From IMG/VR virus record IMGVR_UViG_3300036958_000855, positions 1-64,000 of that record: a stretch of DNA of 64,000 bases; one strand, written 5' to 3'. The stretch's first letter is position 1; every line of letters starts with the position of its first letter. Positions 55,213 to 63,411 of this stretch are shown here, one piece after another. Made by a program: the position numbers and the translations under genes. The DNA comes from a virus. Lineage: Duplodnaviria; Caudoviricetes. The notes below the pieces were generated by a model. It was not told the origin of the DNA. It saw only the letters and a program-made list of their open reading frames with translations, and did no database searches.

Positions 55213-55372
55213 CGTGTGCCTCCTTTGGTATCGCAAGCACGACGAGTTCGCCATCGCGTACGATGCCCTTTGCCGTGGCGCGACGTGCGGTCAACCAGTC
55301 GCGCAATTCCCCAAGCGTCCGCGGCTTGCTGTGCTCCAGCAAGTGCTCCACCAGTTCATCCGAGTGCCTCAT
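55202..55372 (-). CDS. Hypothetical protein
   Basis: ATGA overlap with the upstream stop; SD GGAGG. Confidence 0.5.
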   Translation of the reverse strand: MRHSDELVEHLLEHSKPRTLGELRDWLTARRATAKGIVRDGELVVLAIPKEAHDGP

Positions 55373-55674
55373 CTTGCCTCCTTCTTCTCGTGAGCCAAAA
55401 CCCATTCCGCCATCGCTGCTTTCCCACCAAGCGTCCGCACCGTGCGCAACGCGGGGAGCAGCCGTGCGGGGTCCGCACGCACGACGTTGATTGCCCGCTG
55501 CACGGAGATCTCCGCCCATCGTGCGGGCACAAGCTCACACACCCACCATACCCACGTTGGCACGAACCATCCATCTAGTACGTGAGGCTGTCCGGGAGGC
55601 CCGAGGCCGTTACGAAGAGTTGGCTCGTTCTGAAGTTCCTTCGCGAGCACGTCGTTGATGACCTTGTACCCCAT
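55369..55674 (-). CDS. Hypothetical protein (PxW family)
   Basis: WFVPTWV...ADP...RTLGG. Confidence 0.55.
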   Translation of the reverse strand: MGYKVINDVLAKELQNEPTLRNGLGPPGQPHVLDGWFVPTWVWWVCELVPARWAEISVQRAINVVRADPARLLPALRTVRTLGGKAAMAEWVLAHEKKEAR

Positions 55675-55691
55675 GCACTCCCGCTCCCACG

Positions 55692-55925
55692 TCACCGCCG
55701 TCGCCCGTGCAGCTTGCGTGCGATGTGCTGCGCGGCTTGTTGCCGGTCCCGTAGCGCAGCCAGCTCGATTGGGCCAACTTCCACGCAAAACGGAACGGGC
55801 GCTGCGGGCACGCGCTGGAACGTGCCGCACTGCGGGCAGCGGATGATATCGGACGGCTTCGTCCGAGGGCCAACCAACCCGCACTTGCAACACAGCACGT
55901 TCTTGCTCTCGTCGAACTCTGCCAT
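55692..55925 (-). CDS. Zinc-finger protein
   Basis: CCKCG...CPQCG. Confidence 0.55.
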   Translation of the reverse strand: MAEFDESKNVLCCKCGLVGPRTKPSDIIRCPQCGTFQRVPAAPVPFCVEVGPIELAALRDRQQAAQHIARKLHGRRR

Positions 55926-56143
55926 CACGCCCAGCCCTTCTGCTCCGCAAGCCACCGCTTGATGACCAACGTGCCGCGGGTGTTCTCCGCGAACACCTCG
56001 GACTCGTCTGCAATCTGCGACTTCGGCACCCAGTGCTCCTCGCCAGCGATGACGCACAAGAGCGCCTTGTCCGTTTCGCGCTCCACCGTCACGTCGTCGT
56101 GGCAGATGAAGCGCTCCTCCGTGTTGTGGTCGTAGAACTCCAT
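55925..56143 (-). CDS. Conserved small phage protein (ETDKA...WVPKSQI)
   Basis: RETDKALLC...HWVPKSQI...WLAEQKG; SD AGGAGG. Confidence 0.7.
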   Translation of the reverse strand: MEFYDHNTEERFICHDDVTVERETDKALLCVIAGEEHWVPKSQIADESEVFAENTRGTLVIKRWLAEQKGWA

Positions 56144-56151
56144 GGCTCCTC

Positions 56152-56385
56152 CTACGTGTGAATGTACCCATCCAGCTCGACGCCGTGGAACATCCCGCAC
56201 GCAACGAAGTAGTAGCATCCCATCGTGTAGTCCCACTGCAACTCCGGGTAGCCGCGGGCGCACTGCAAGCACGCGCCTCCGCGATTGTCGCAGTCGTGGT
56301 GCATGGGCTGCGGGTGTGCGGTAGCCCATGCGCGCATCGCGTGGTGCACCGCCTCTGGCACCTCAAGGGGTCTCGGCGTCGGCAT
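56152..56385 (-). CDS. Cys/His-rich hypothetical protein
   Basis: HHDCD...CLQC...C; overlaps the upstream ORF end. Confidence 0.45.
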   Translation of the reverse strand: MPTPRPLEVPEAVHHAMRAWATAHPQPMHHDCDNRGGACLQCARGYPELQWDYTMGCYYFVACGMFHGVELDGYIHT

Positions 56386-56644
56386 CGCACACCTCCTCGA
56401 TGGTCACGCGCAGCAGTTGCGCCGGTCGCCCTCTCGACTGAAGCTGCTCCGTCACACGTCGCGCCTCATCCGCGTCCGCGAACAGAACCGCCTCCGTGGC
56501 GCGCCTCTGCTTCAGGTAGTCCGCGAGCACGCTCAGATTGAGCCCGCCCAAGTAGGCTACAACCGGAGGCGCCGGGCACATCGGCAAGCCCTCCGAATCA
56601 ACCCCGTGGCACGTCCCACAAGCCGGGCACGGTGGCTCACGCAT
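56363..56644 (-). CDS. Hypothetical protein with N-terminal CxxCxxC
   Basis: MREPPCPACGTCHG. Confidence 0.5.
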   Translation of the reverse strand: MREPPCPACGTCHGVDSEGLPMCPAPPVVAYLGGLNLSVLADYLKQRRATEAVLFADADEARRVTEQLQSRGRPAQLLRVTIEEVCDADAETP

Positions 56645-56969
56645 GGTCCACCCCAAGCTCCGTCAGCACGGCGACGCGAAGCGACGCCTTTCGCTCCACG
56701 CGCACGACGCGCGAGTGCATGCTCATCCCCGCATCCATGAGGTTCGCGACGCACACGTTGAGCGTCTTGGGGATGTAGCCGATGTGCGTGCGCCGCACGC
56801 CGTCGTCGTCCAGCGCGAACACCTTGATGGCGTACTTGTCGAACTCGTTGTCTGGCTCCCGCTCCAAGTCCAGAAGCTCGCCGGTCTGGAGCACATCGGC
56901 GCGCTCTTGCGCGTGCGCCGGACGGTACGTTACCCCAGCAACCTCAAACGCCAGAAGTTTCACCAGCAT
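56637..56969 (-). CDS. Stand-alone HIRAN domain protein
   Basis: VAGVTYR...LEREPDNEFDKYAIKV...HIGYIP. Confidence 0.88.
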   Translation of the reverse strand: MLVKLLAFEVAGVTYRPAHAQERADVLQTGELLDLEREPDNEFDKYAIKVFALDDDGVRRTHIGYIPKTLNVCVANLMDAGMSMHSRVVRVERKASLRVAVLTELGVDHA

Positions 56970-57261
56970 CGTTCTCCTCCTTCGTTCCCATGCGGCGCAG
57001 CAGCGTGCGCACGTCACCACCCATCCGATGCGCGGCGCAGATGACGCTCGCCGTCTCATCCGGGCGCTCGCTCAGCGCGCACAGCTCCAACGCGACCGTA
57101 ACCGTAACTACCCCGACCCCATGCATGCCATCGTGGTCAAACCAGAGGCAGTGCCACAAGCGGTGCGCCCAAGCTGGGACAAGCAGGTATGGACGCAGGT
57201 GTGCAACCGCGTCGTTGCTGCGTCCATCCGGCAAGTCGTGCAAGCGCGCCAGCTCGCTCAT
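56944..57261 (-). CDS. Hypothetical protein (PxW family)
   Basis: ATGA overlap at 57258-57261; LLVPAWA...RMGG. Confidence 0.5.
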   Translation of the reverse strand: MSELARLHDLPDGRSNDAVAHLRPYLLVPAWAHRLWHCLWFDHDGMHGVGVVTVTVALELCALSERPDETASVICAAHRMGGDVRTLLRRMGTKEENDAGETSGV

Positions 57262-57560
57262 TCGTCCTCTCCATTGAACCCTATCGAGTTGCATCCTGGG
57301 CATCGCCCTGCCTTGCCAATCGCAAGCGCGAATCTCTGACCGCAGAACGAGCAGCAGAACAATTCCGATTCCGGTTCCGGCAACGGCACCCCGGCGCGGA
57401 AGGCAGCGGCGCAGCGGGGGTGCATGCACCCGCGGGAAGTCCCGATGCACGGGTCGTCGTGCGCCCCACCACGAATCGGCTTCCCGCACCGCGCGCAGGT
57501 GCAGCTCGACCCCGCACCGTCCAAGCGCACAGACGCGAGCCGCGACCTTCTGCTTTTCAT
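57258..57560 (-). CDS. Multi-zinc-ribbon protein
   Basis: CTCARC, CMHPRC, CCSFC, CPGC. Confidence 0.55.
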   Translation of the reverse strand: MKSRRSRLASVRLDGAGSSCTCARCGKPIRGGAHDDPCIGTSRGCMHPRCAAAFRAGVPLPEPESELFCCSFCGQRFALAIGKAGRCPGCNSIGFNGEDE

Positions 57561-58000
57561 GCAACCCTCACCCCGTACTCGTTCACGTAGAAGCTCTCCC
57601 CGTGCACGACGCCTTTTCCCTCGTAGGCTCGCAACGCCTCGCACAAGTCGAGCGTGCTCTTGCCCCTATCTGGTCCAGCCCACCAGATGACATGCTGCGC
57701 CCCGTCCCGTCGCTCGTTCGGCACGAGCCCCGCTGGCTCAAGCTCGATGAGGAGCATGGGGTCAACGCGAGTCATCCGCATGTAGCACCTGTGCCACGGA
57801 CTCCACTGGAACCGCATTCGCAAGGCGCGCACGCGCTGGCCCAACGTCTCAGTCCTCACGGCGCCGAGCGCGTGTTCGTGGCGCGCCACGATGAGGCCCA
57901 CCACCCGCTCACTCACCAGCGTCGCGCCGCACATCGTGCAGCACCCATCCTCATCCCCATCTGCAATGCCACACTTAGGGCAATACACTTCGTCACTCAT
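57557..58000 (-). CDS. Zinc-ribbon hypothetical protein
   Basis: YCPKCG...CTMCG. Confidence 0.55.
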   Translation of the reverse strand: MSDEVYCPKCGIADGDEDGCCTMCGATLVSERVVGLIVARHEHALGAVRTETLGQRVRALRMRFQWSPWHRCYMRMTRVDPMLLIELEPAGLVPNERRDGAQHVIWWAGPDRGKSTLDLCEALRAYEGKGVVHGESFYVNEYGVRVA

Positions 58001-58400
58001 CGTCAACCTCCTCCCCCCACCGTATCCCCTTTCCCGCACAGCCAGGGCACAAGCCGAAAGCGTCCCAGCCCACACCGCCACAAGCCGGGCACAAGTGCGT
58101 CGGCCTCAGTTGCGCACTGCGCGCACCGCGGGCGCGCAAGCGTGCGGTGACCTCGATGCGGAACTCGTTCACGCAGCGGTGCATGATGCTGCCGCAGCGG
58201 AAGCCGGTGCCCGTGAGCAGGTTCAGCACCCGCTGCTCGGCACGCTCCGTTGGCACCGCCTCCAAGTAGGTGCGCAGCCGCTCCACGCACTCCTCGGGCC
58301 TCTTCGCCCACAAGCCGACGAGCCCGGCGCGCACCTTCTGCCAACGGTCATCCGCCACGAGGTGAACGATGCGTTTGGTTCGGAAGGTGCGTCGAGCCAT
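57993..58400 (-). CDS. Hypothetical protein with DnaJ-type CxxCxGxG zinc finger
   Basis: CPACGGVG...CPGCAGKG. Confidence 0.6.
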   Translation of the reverse strand: MARRTFRTKRIVHLVADDRWQKVRAGLVGLWAKRPEECVERLRTYLEAVPTERAEQRVLNLLTGTGFRCGSIMHRCVNEFRIEVTARLRARGARSAQLRPTHLCPACGGVGWDAFGLCPGCAGKGIRWGEEVDDE

Positions 58401-58429
58401 CACCCCAGCCTTGCGCGCCGGGCGCCGGA

Positions 58430-59920
58430 TTATCCGACTACCCGCGCACCGACACTCCCCGCGCCCGCGGCGCCACCGCGCTCCAGCTTGCGCGCGCCCT
58501 CGCGCGCAAACCACGAGGCCATCAGCCGGTCGCCCGTGTGCTCTTGCGGGTCGTAGTAGAGCATCTCCCCGACCCAAGCCGCGACCTCCGGGTCCATCTT
58601 CCCGCCAACGTTGGGGATGATCCAGCGCCCGCCAGCCATCTCCGCAGCAAGGCTCTCCACGCCAAACTCGGGGTTTGCCTTGTTGCGCCCGGTCGTGAAG
58701 GGAACGATGACCGCCTTGCTCCCAAGCGCAGGGGCGAACTGGAGGAGGAAGTCCTGCGCCGCGACGTTCTCAATGATGAACACACCACCGAAGCGCTGGT
58801 CGAGGTCCACCAGCTTCGCCACGATCTCGGGTCCGCTCCAGCGCCCGCTCTCGATATGGAGCACCTGGCGGGTGCCGTCCGGGTGCAGGAGGAGCGTGAA
58901 GAAGCACGTCAAGTCGCTGTGCGCGTGCCGCTGCACGGCGAGGTCAACGCCCGTGTAGAGCGCGTACCCGCCCTCAGGGAGCTGCACTACGCGGTCCACG
59001 CACTTGTAGCCGCGCCCGCGCTCCAGGCCACGCTCCACCCACTCGCGCTTGAACCGTGCCGCAGCATCGTCGCGCGCCAAGCACAGGAGCTGGCGGTTGG
59101 CCTCCAGGGGTCCGAGCGTCGTCATCGCCTTCGCGATGCGCTCCTTGGGCCAGACCGCAGGCCACGAAAGCTCCCCAGCATCGCTCACGACCGGGAAGCG
59201 GTACGAGGTGAAGCCGGGCATTGCGGCAAGGCGGTGCATGGCGTCGTCCGGGTGCCAGGCGTTGCCGACGCACGTGACGGAGCTGTTCTCGGTGAGGCGC
59301 GGGAGTAGGGTGCTCTGGACCCAGCGCCACGTGTCCTCGCGGGGTCCGGGTGTGCGCGTGTTCTCGTAGTCGAGGATGTCGTCAAGCACGAGGTCGTCGA
59401 TGCGCGCCCCTGTGATGTTGCCGTGGATGCCGCACGCCTGGATGCTCGGGTCTTTCCCGATGACCGTGCGCTCGACCGTGATTGCCATGGCGGTCCACGG
59501 GAGGCTGATGTCGCGCGCCTTGCGCAGGTCCGGGAAGACCTGGTGCAGCTCATCGCTGCGCTCGATGTACTGCGCGCACGTGCGCACAACCTTCTTCGCC
59601 TGCTCGCCCGTGTTGCTCACGACCACGATGCGCCGGTTGGGGTCGCGCCCAAGGCGCCAGAGGGGACGGCCAACGGAGAGCTGCGCGGTCTTGCCCGCCT
59701 CCACGTGCGCCCAGATGACAACGCGGTCGTGGTTGTCGAGGATGTCGTGCCACTTGTCGTGCATGGGCGCCTGCACGATGTCCTTCCCCGTTCGCTCGTC
59801 GCGCAGCACCAGAGGGCAGAAGGTGCGGGCGTCGCGCCGCGCAACCTCCCGCCGTATGGCACGGGCGCGGGCGAGTGCGCTGCTCGCGTGCGCTGCCTGC
59901 TCAATGACCGGCGCTGGCAT
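58430..59920 (-). CDS. terL: Terminase large subunit
   Basis: HVEAGKT Walker A, GARIDDLVLDD Walker B, GNAWHPDD, RNase H-like TGVDLA...SD, HTGDRLMA. Confidence 0.93.
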   Translation of the reverse strand: MPAPVIEQAAHASSALARARAIRREVARRDARTFCPLVLRDERTGKDIVQAPMHDKWHDILDNHDRVVIWAHVEAGKTAQLSVGRPLWRLGRDPNRRIVVVSNTGEQAKKVVRTCAQYIERSDELHQVFPDLRKARDISLPWTAMAITVERTVIGKDPSIQACGIHGNITGARIDDLVLDDILDYENTRTPGPREDTWRWVQSTLLPRLTENSSVTCVGNAWHPDDAMHRLAAMPGFTSYRFPVVSDAGELSWPAVWPKERIAKAMTTLGPLEANRQLLCLARDDAAARFKREWVERGLERGRGYKCVDRVVQLPEGGYALYTGVDLAVQRHAHSDLTCFFTLLLHPDGTRQVLHIESGRWSGPEIVAKLVDLDQRFGGVFIIENVAAQDFLLQFAPALGSKAVIVPFTTGRNKANPEFGVESLAAEMAGGRWIIPNVGGKMDPEVAAWVGEMLYYDPQEHTGDRLMASWFAREGARKLERGGAAGAGSVGARVVG

Positions 59921-60278
59921 ACTCGGCCTCGTCGAAAAGCTGCACGTACCACTCGCGCTCCTGCGCGAGGTACTTCTGGTTGCCTCCGGCGCTCAGAGCA
60001 CAGCCGTGAACGCCCTCGCACACGTCCTGCACGTAGTTCATGCCATGCGCGCGCACGTCGGCGAAGTCGAGCCGGGCGGTGCGCACGACGCGCGTAGCGC
60101 CATTGTGACCGTGGATGGCAACCACGGCGTCCATGCTGTCGTAGACGGCGACGCTCGTGTGCGCGGTGAGCCACGCAAGGACCACCTTGCCGTTGTCAAG
60201 GACCACGCCACGGGCGACCGTCCCCGTCCCACTAACCCCTGTCTCGTCCACGTCGCGGCGAAGTTCAAACACGTCCAT
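59901..60278 (-). CDS. Conserved phage hypothetical protein (DETGVSGTG...HGHNGAT)
   Basis: FELRRDVDETGVSGTGTVARG...W...HGH.G.T pattern. Confidence 0.7.
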   Translation of the reverse strand: MDVFELRRDVDETGVSGTGTVARGVVLDNGKVVLAWLTAHTSVAVYDSMDAVVAIHGHNGATRVVRTARLDFADVRAHGMNYVQDVCEGVHGCALSAGGNQKYLAQEREWYVQLFDEAEYASAGH

Positions 60279-60927
60279 CTGTCCCTCCTTCCGGCGCGAG
60301 GCGCGCGAACCAGCGCAAGTCCTCAAGCGACCCATTCCAGCGGTTCAAGTCACAGGGGGTGGGGATGCCGGGCACGGCGCCGGACCAGGAGTATTGCCAC
60401 ACAAGCCACTCGCCCCAGCCCGCGGGGAGCATGGGCGCGGGCTTGCCACGGGTGTCGGCGACCCACAGGGCGAAGCGGTCGAGCCCCTCGGGCAGGCCAC
60501 CTATGGCGCCGCTCCACCAGCCAGCCATGGTGTAGAGGAGCGGGGCCAAGCCGGTGCGCTCCCAAGCACGCTCGCAGAAGGTGTTCACGCGCCGGGCACG
60601 CTCGGCCTTCGTGAGCCCCTCTCCCCCTGACTCGATATCGCACACGGGCGGGAGGATACCAGGGGGGAGGGGCAAGGGCTCCAGCCCAAGCAGAGCGTCG
60701 CACAAGCGGTCGGCCTGCGCCACTGGGTCCAAGGCGAGGCGGAAGAAGTGGTAGGCGCCACGGAGCATCCCCGCGGCACGGGCGCCAGACCAGTTCTCCG
60801 CAAAGCGCCTGTCCGGCTTCACACCATCCCCTGTGCGCAGCCAAGCGAAGCTCACGTGCTCCGCGACCGCACGCCAGCGTATCTGCCCGTTGTGGTGGCT
60901 CACATCTACGCCAAGAACGTCAGCCAT
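60265..60927 (-). CDS. GH25 muramidase endolysin (catalytic domain only)
   Basis: GVDVSHHNG, RGAYHFF, CDIES, LLYT, LWVA, VWQYS, CDLN. Confidence 0.92.
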   Translation of the reverse strand: MADVLGVDVSHHNGQIRWRAVAEHVSFAWLRTGDGVKPDRRFAENWSGARAAGMLRGAYHFFRLALDPVAQADRLCDALLGLEPLPLPPGILPPVCDIESGGEGLTKAERARRVNTFCERAWERTGLAPLLYTMAGWWSGAIGGLPEGLDRFALWVADTRGKPAPMLPAGWGEWLVWQYSWSGAVPGIPTPCDLNRWNGSLEDLRWFARLAPEGGTDGRV

Positions 60928-61026
60928 GCTCTGCCTCCCACGGGTGCGGGTGCATCATCCCGTGCTCCGCCGCTCTCCGGGTCGCGTCTTCCGCCCGCTC
61001 GCGGTTCTTGGGGCTCTCGGGTGGGT

Positions 61027-61089
61027 TCTCGGAAAGCGCTGACCCCAGGAATAATGGCTCTCGGAAAGCGCTGACCCCAGGAATAATGG
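61027..61089. repeat. 31-bp direct repeat twice (period 32)
   Basis: TCTCGGAAAGCGCTGACCCCAGGAATAATGG at 61027-61057 and 61059-61089. Confidence 0.95.
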
Positions 61090-61224
61090 GTGGGGTGGAG
61101 GGCTCCAGGGACACCGAGGCGAAAAGGGCGGAGACCCCTCCCCCTCCGGGGAGGGCGCCGAGGTGGGGGGAGCCCAGGGGGGAGTGGTGTTGGCGTGTCG
61201 AGGTGGTGGTGGTGCGGGTGTGGC

Positions 61225-61332
61225 TCACTGCTCCCCCCTCCCCATCTTGGCGAGGGTGCGGTCGACGAGGACGCCGCTGACCCAGCCGACGACGAAGGCG
61301 GAGCAGACGAGGATGAAGGAGGCGAGGCTCAT
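61225..61332 (-). CDS. 35-aa single-TM peptide absent from the ORF track (MSLASFILVCSAFVVGWVSGVLVDRTLAKMGRGEQ)
   Basis: ATGA overlap with the RHH stop; nearly all codons end in G/C. Confidence 0.6.
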   Translation of the reverse strand: MSLASFILVCSAFVVGWVSGVLVDRTLAKMGRGEQ

Positions 61333-61697
61333 GGTGCTGCTGGAAGCCCCTCATCAAGTAAGCGCGCCACGGCGCCCGAGCGGGTGAGGCTGTGCTCGGT
61401 GGCGTAGGCGTCGAGGCGTTGGAGGAGGGCTGGCGGGACAACCGCGGTCACGCGCTCGTGTTCGACGTCGGCACGCGGGCGCCCGGCGCCGTTGCGCCTC
61501 CCGCCCCTCGCCGACACTGTGTCTGGTTGCGTTGGTGTCGTGTCGCGTGGTCGCGGTGCTGCTTGGCGCTTGGGGGAGGGGGGAGGGGTCCTATCAACGC
61601 TGTCGGGGTCGTCGAGGTGGCAGCCCCTGGGGCAGCGCACCCCGTAGACCTTGTCCTTGAGGACCGGGCTGCCGCACCGCTTGCACCGCTCTGCCAT
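61329..61697 (-). CDS. Zn-finger / AT-hook-like / ribbon-helix-helix (CopG-like) regulator
   Basis: CKRC...CPRGC; GGRRNGAGRP; VTAVVPPALLQRLDAYATEHSLTRSGAVARLL; SD AGGAGA. Confidence 0.75.
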   Translation of the reverse strand: MAERCKRCGSPVLKDKVYGVRCPRGCHLDDPDSVDRTPPPSPKRQAAPRPRDTTPTQPDTVSARGGRRNGAGRPRADVEHERVTAVVPPALLQRLDAYATEHSLTRSGAVARLLDEGLPAAP

Positions 61698-61728
61698 CTT
61701 TGATTCTCCTATGAGCGCTCCGGGCGCC

Positions 61729-61762
61729 GTTTGATTCCGGTATACATATACCGGAATCAAAC
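61729..61762. promoter_or_regulatory. 34-bp AT-rich palindrome upstream of the RHH gene (candidate operator/terminator)
   Basis: GTTTGATTCCGGTATA-CA-TATACCGGAATCAAAC, perfect 16-bp arms. Confidence 0.75.
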
Positions 61763-61768
61763 CTCGTG

Positions 61769-62536
61769 TCAACGGCGGTCGGCTGCGGTGCGGTCGAAGT
61801 GGTAGTCGCCGTCCTGCTCCGGGCGCCCTCCCTTGTGAACGACGAGCCCCAGCTCCTTGGCGCGCTCCAGGGCGTGCTTCGCCAGCTCCACCTCGCGCTC
61901 AGCATCTTCGAGCGAGACGTTCGCAAGCTCGACTCCGACGATGCTTGTCGGCAGGCCACCGCGGAGGCGCTGCATCGTGAGCACGGTATCCGCGGCGCCG
62001 ATGAGGGCGCGGGCGCTCAGCGAGAACCTGCCCATCACCTTCAACGCGTCGAGCACGTCCAGGTTGAGTGGCACCTCGACAATGGCGCCCGTCGCCGGGT
62101 CGCGCTGCGCCACGGCGCCACGTTCCAGAGCCGTGTTGACTCGCTCGGCCAGCTTGCCGATGCCGTTGACCAGCTTCGCGAAGGTGACGAGGCCTCCGAG
62201 CACGTCGTTCCGAGCGACCCGGAGGATGTTCTCCTCGACTTGGTTCGCCTCCGCCTCAAGCTCCCGTTGGCGCTGCGCCGTGTCGGCCAGAGCGGCTCTT
62301 CGCTGAATCTCCAAGTCGTGCTTCGCCCTCGCTGCGCGCTGTTCCTCCTCGGCTAGGACAGCCTGAATCGGAGGCGCCCAAGGCCAGACCTTCCACGGTG
62401 GGCCTCGGTAGGCTCTCCTGGCGAAGCGCCAGTCGATGCCGGTTGCGCGAGCGGCGCCTTGGTGGTCGCCTGGGTGGGTGCGGAAGTAGTTTTTGAGCTG
62501 TTCGTACAGCTCTGGTGTGAGGGGTCGTGCAGCCAT
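61769..62536 (-). CDS. Candidate terminase small subunit
   Basis: N-terminal HTH (GAARATGIDWRFARR), long helices, upstream of terL. Confidence 0.5.
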   Translation of the reverse strand: MAARPLTPELYEQLKNYFRTHPGDHQGAARATGIDWRFARRAYRGPPWKVWPWAPPIQAVLAEEEQRAARAKHDLEIQRRAALADTAQRQRELEAEANQVEENILRVARNDVLGGLVTFAKLVNGIGKLAERVNTALERGAVAQRDPATGAIVEVPLNLDVLDALKVMGRFSLSARALIGAADTVLTMQRLRGGLPTSIVGVELANVSLEDAEREVELAKHALERAKELGLVVHKGGRPEQDGDYHFDRTAADRR

Positions 62537-62766
62537 ACCCTGATGGTGCCCGGTTGGGCACGATGCGTCAAGGTGCAGCCGTTCACCGACGCGATGCTAC
62601 CGGATTGGGAGTGGTTGGGTTGTTGGTTGGTGGGAGTCGGCGTAGGCTTGCGTCATGGAGGCACGCAAGCGCGAGGTGTGCGTGGAGGGGGTGGTTGTGG
62701 CAGCGCAGGTGATGAGGCGCTACGGGCTGAGTGGTGAGCAGGTGCGGGAGGTGTTCGTGGCGTTGT

Positions 62767-63411
62767 TCACTGGGGAGAGTTGTGGGCGGTGCGAGCGTTG
62801 CGTTCGGCTCTGTGATGAAGCGCGCGGTTGGCGAGCTGCTGGTGGGAGAGGTGTGCAAGGTGCATGAAGAAGGCGTAGCGTCTGGGAGCGCCGGACCATT
62901 CGCATCTGCCGTTGGCGTAGGAGGCGATGGTGCCGATGGTGGTTTGGCAGCGGTTGTGGGATGCGGTGATGATGCGGGTGGCGACCCATGCGGCGGTGCG
63001 GGTTGCCTCCTGGTTCGTGCCGACCATTCGTTCCCACTCGTCTCCTTTCACGTATCCGGTTCGTTGGAGTTGCCAGGGGGTGCGGGCACGGTGGACGATT
63101 GTTCCGTTCCGTAGCTTCGTGGCGTCACATTCGAACACGCGGCACCGCCCCTCGTGGACGTTCTGTGCGAAGGCGCTCTCCCAGAAGCCCTTCGTGACGA
63201 GGAGCAAGGCGAGCTGCTTCCGGTCGCCGGTCCACCTGGGTTTGCAGTCGTCGGTGTCGTACGGCACGTCGCAGGTTGCGCGCGCAGTGGCGTCCTCGAT
63301 TGCGCTGGCGATGGTTCCCATGCGCGCCTCCCGCTCCTCCCACGACTCCGTGTCGTGCGCCGCGGGCGGTAGGCTCATCAGAACCGCCAAGATGTAGGAT
63401 GAGGTGTTCAT
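62767..63411 (-). CDS. Lysozyme-fold / SLT-like lytic transglycosylase candidate
   Basis: FWES (catalytic Glu), PWQLQ and ASYANG resemble SLT motifs I-III. Confidence 0.5.
   Translation of the reverse strand: MNTSSYILAVLMSLPPAAHDTESWEEREARMGTIASAIEDATARATCDVPYDTDDCKPRWTGDRKQLALLLVTKGFWESAFAQNVHEGRCRVFECDATKLRNGTIVHRARTPWQLQRTGYVKGDEWERMVGTNQEATRTAAWVATRIITASHNRCQTTIGTIASYANGRCEWSGAPRRYAFFMHLAHLSHQQLANRALHHRAERNARTAHNSPQ

Noticed and set aside
61027-61089. CRISPR mini-array
   Set aside because: Two 31-bp copies are separated by 1 bp, so there is no spacer; no cas genes
61729-61762. Protelomerase (telRL-like) target site
   Set aside because: The centre (CA) is not palindromic and no protelomerase gene is visible; an RHH operator is simpler
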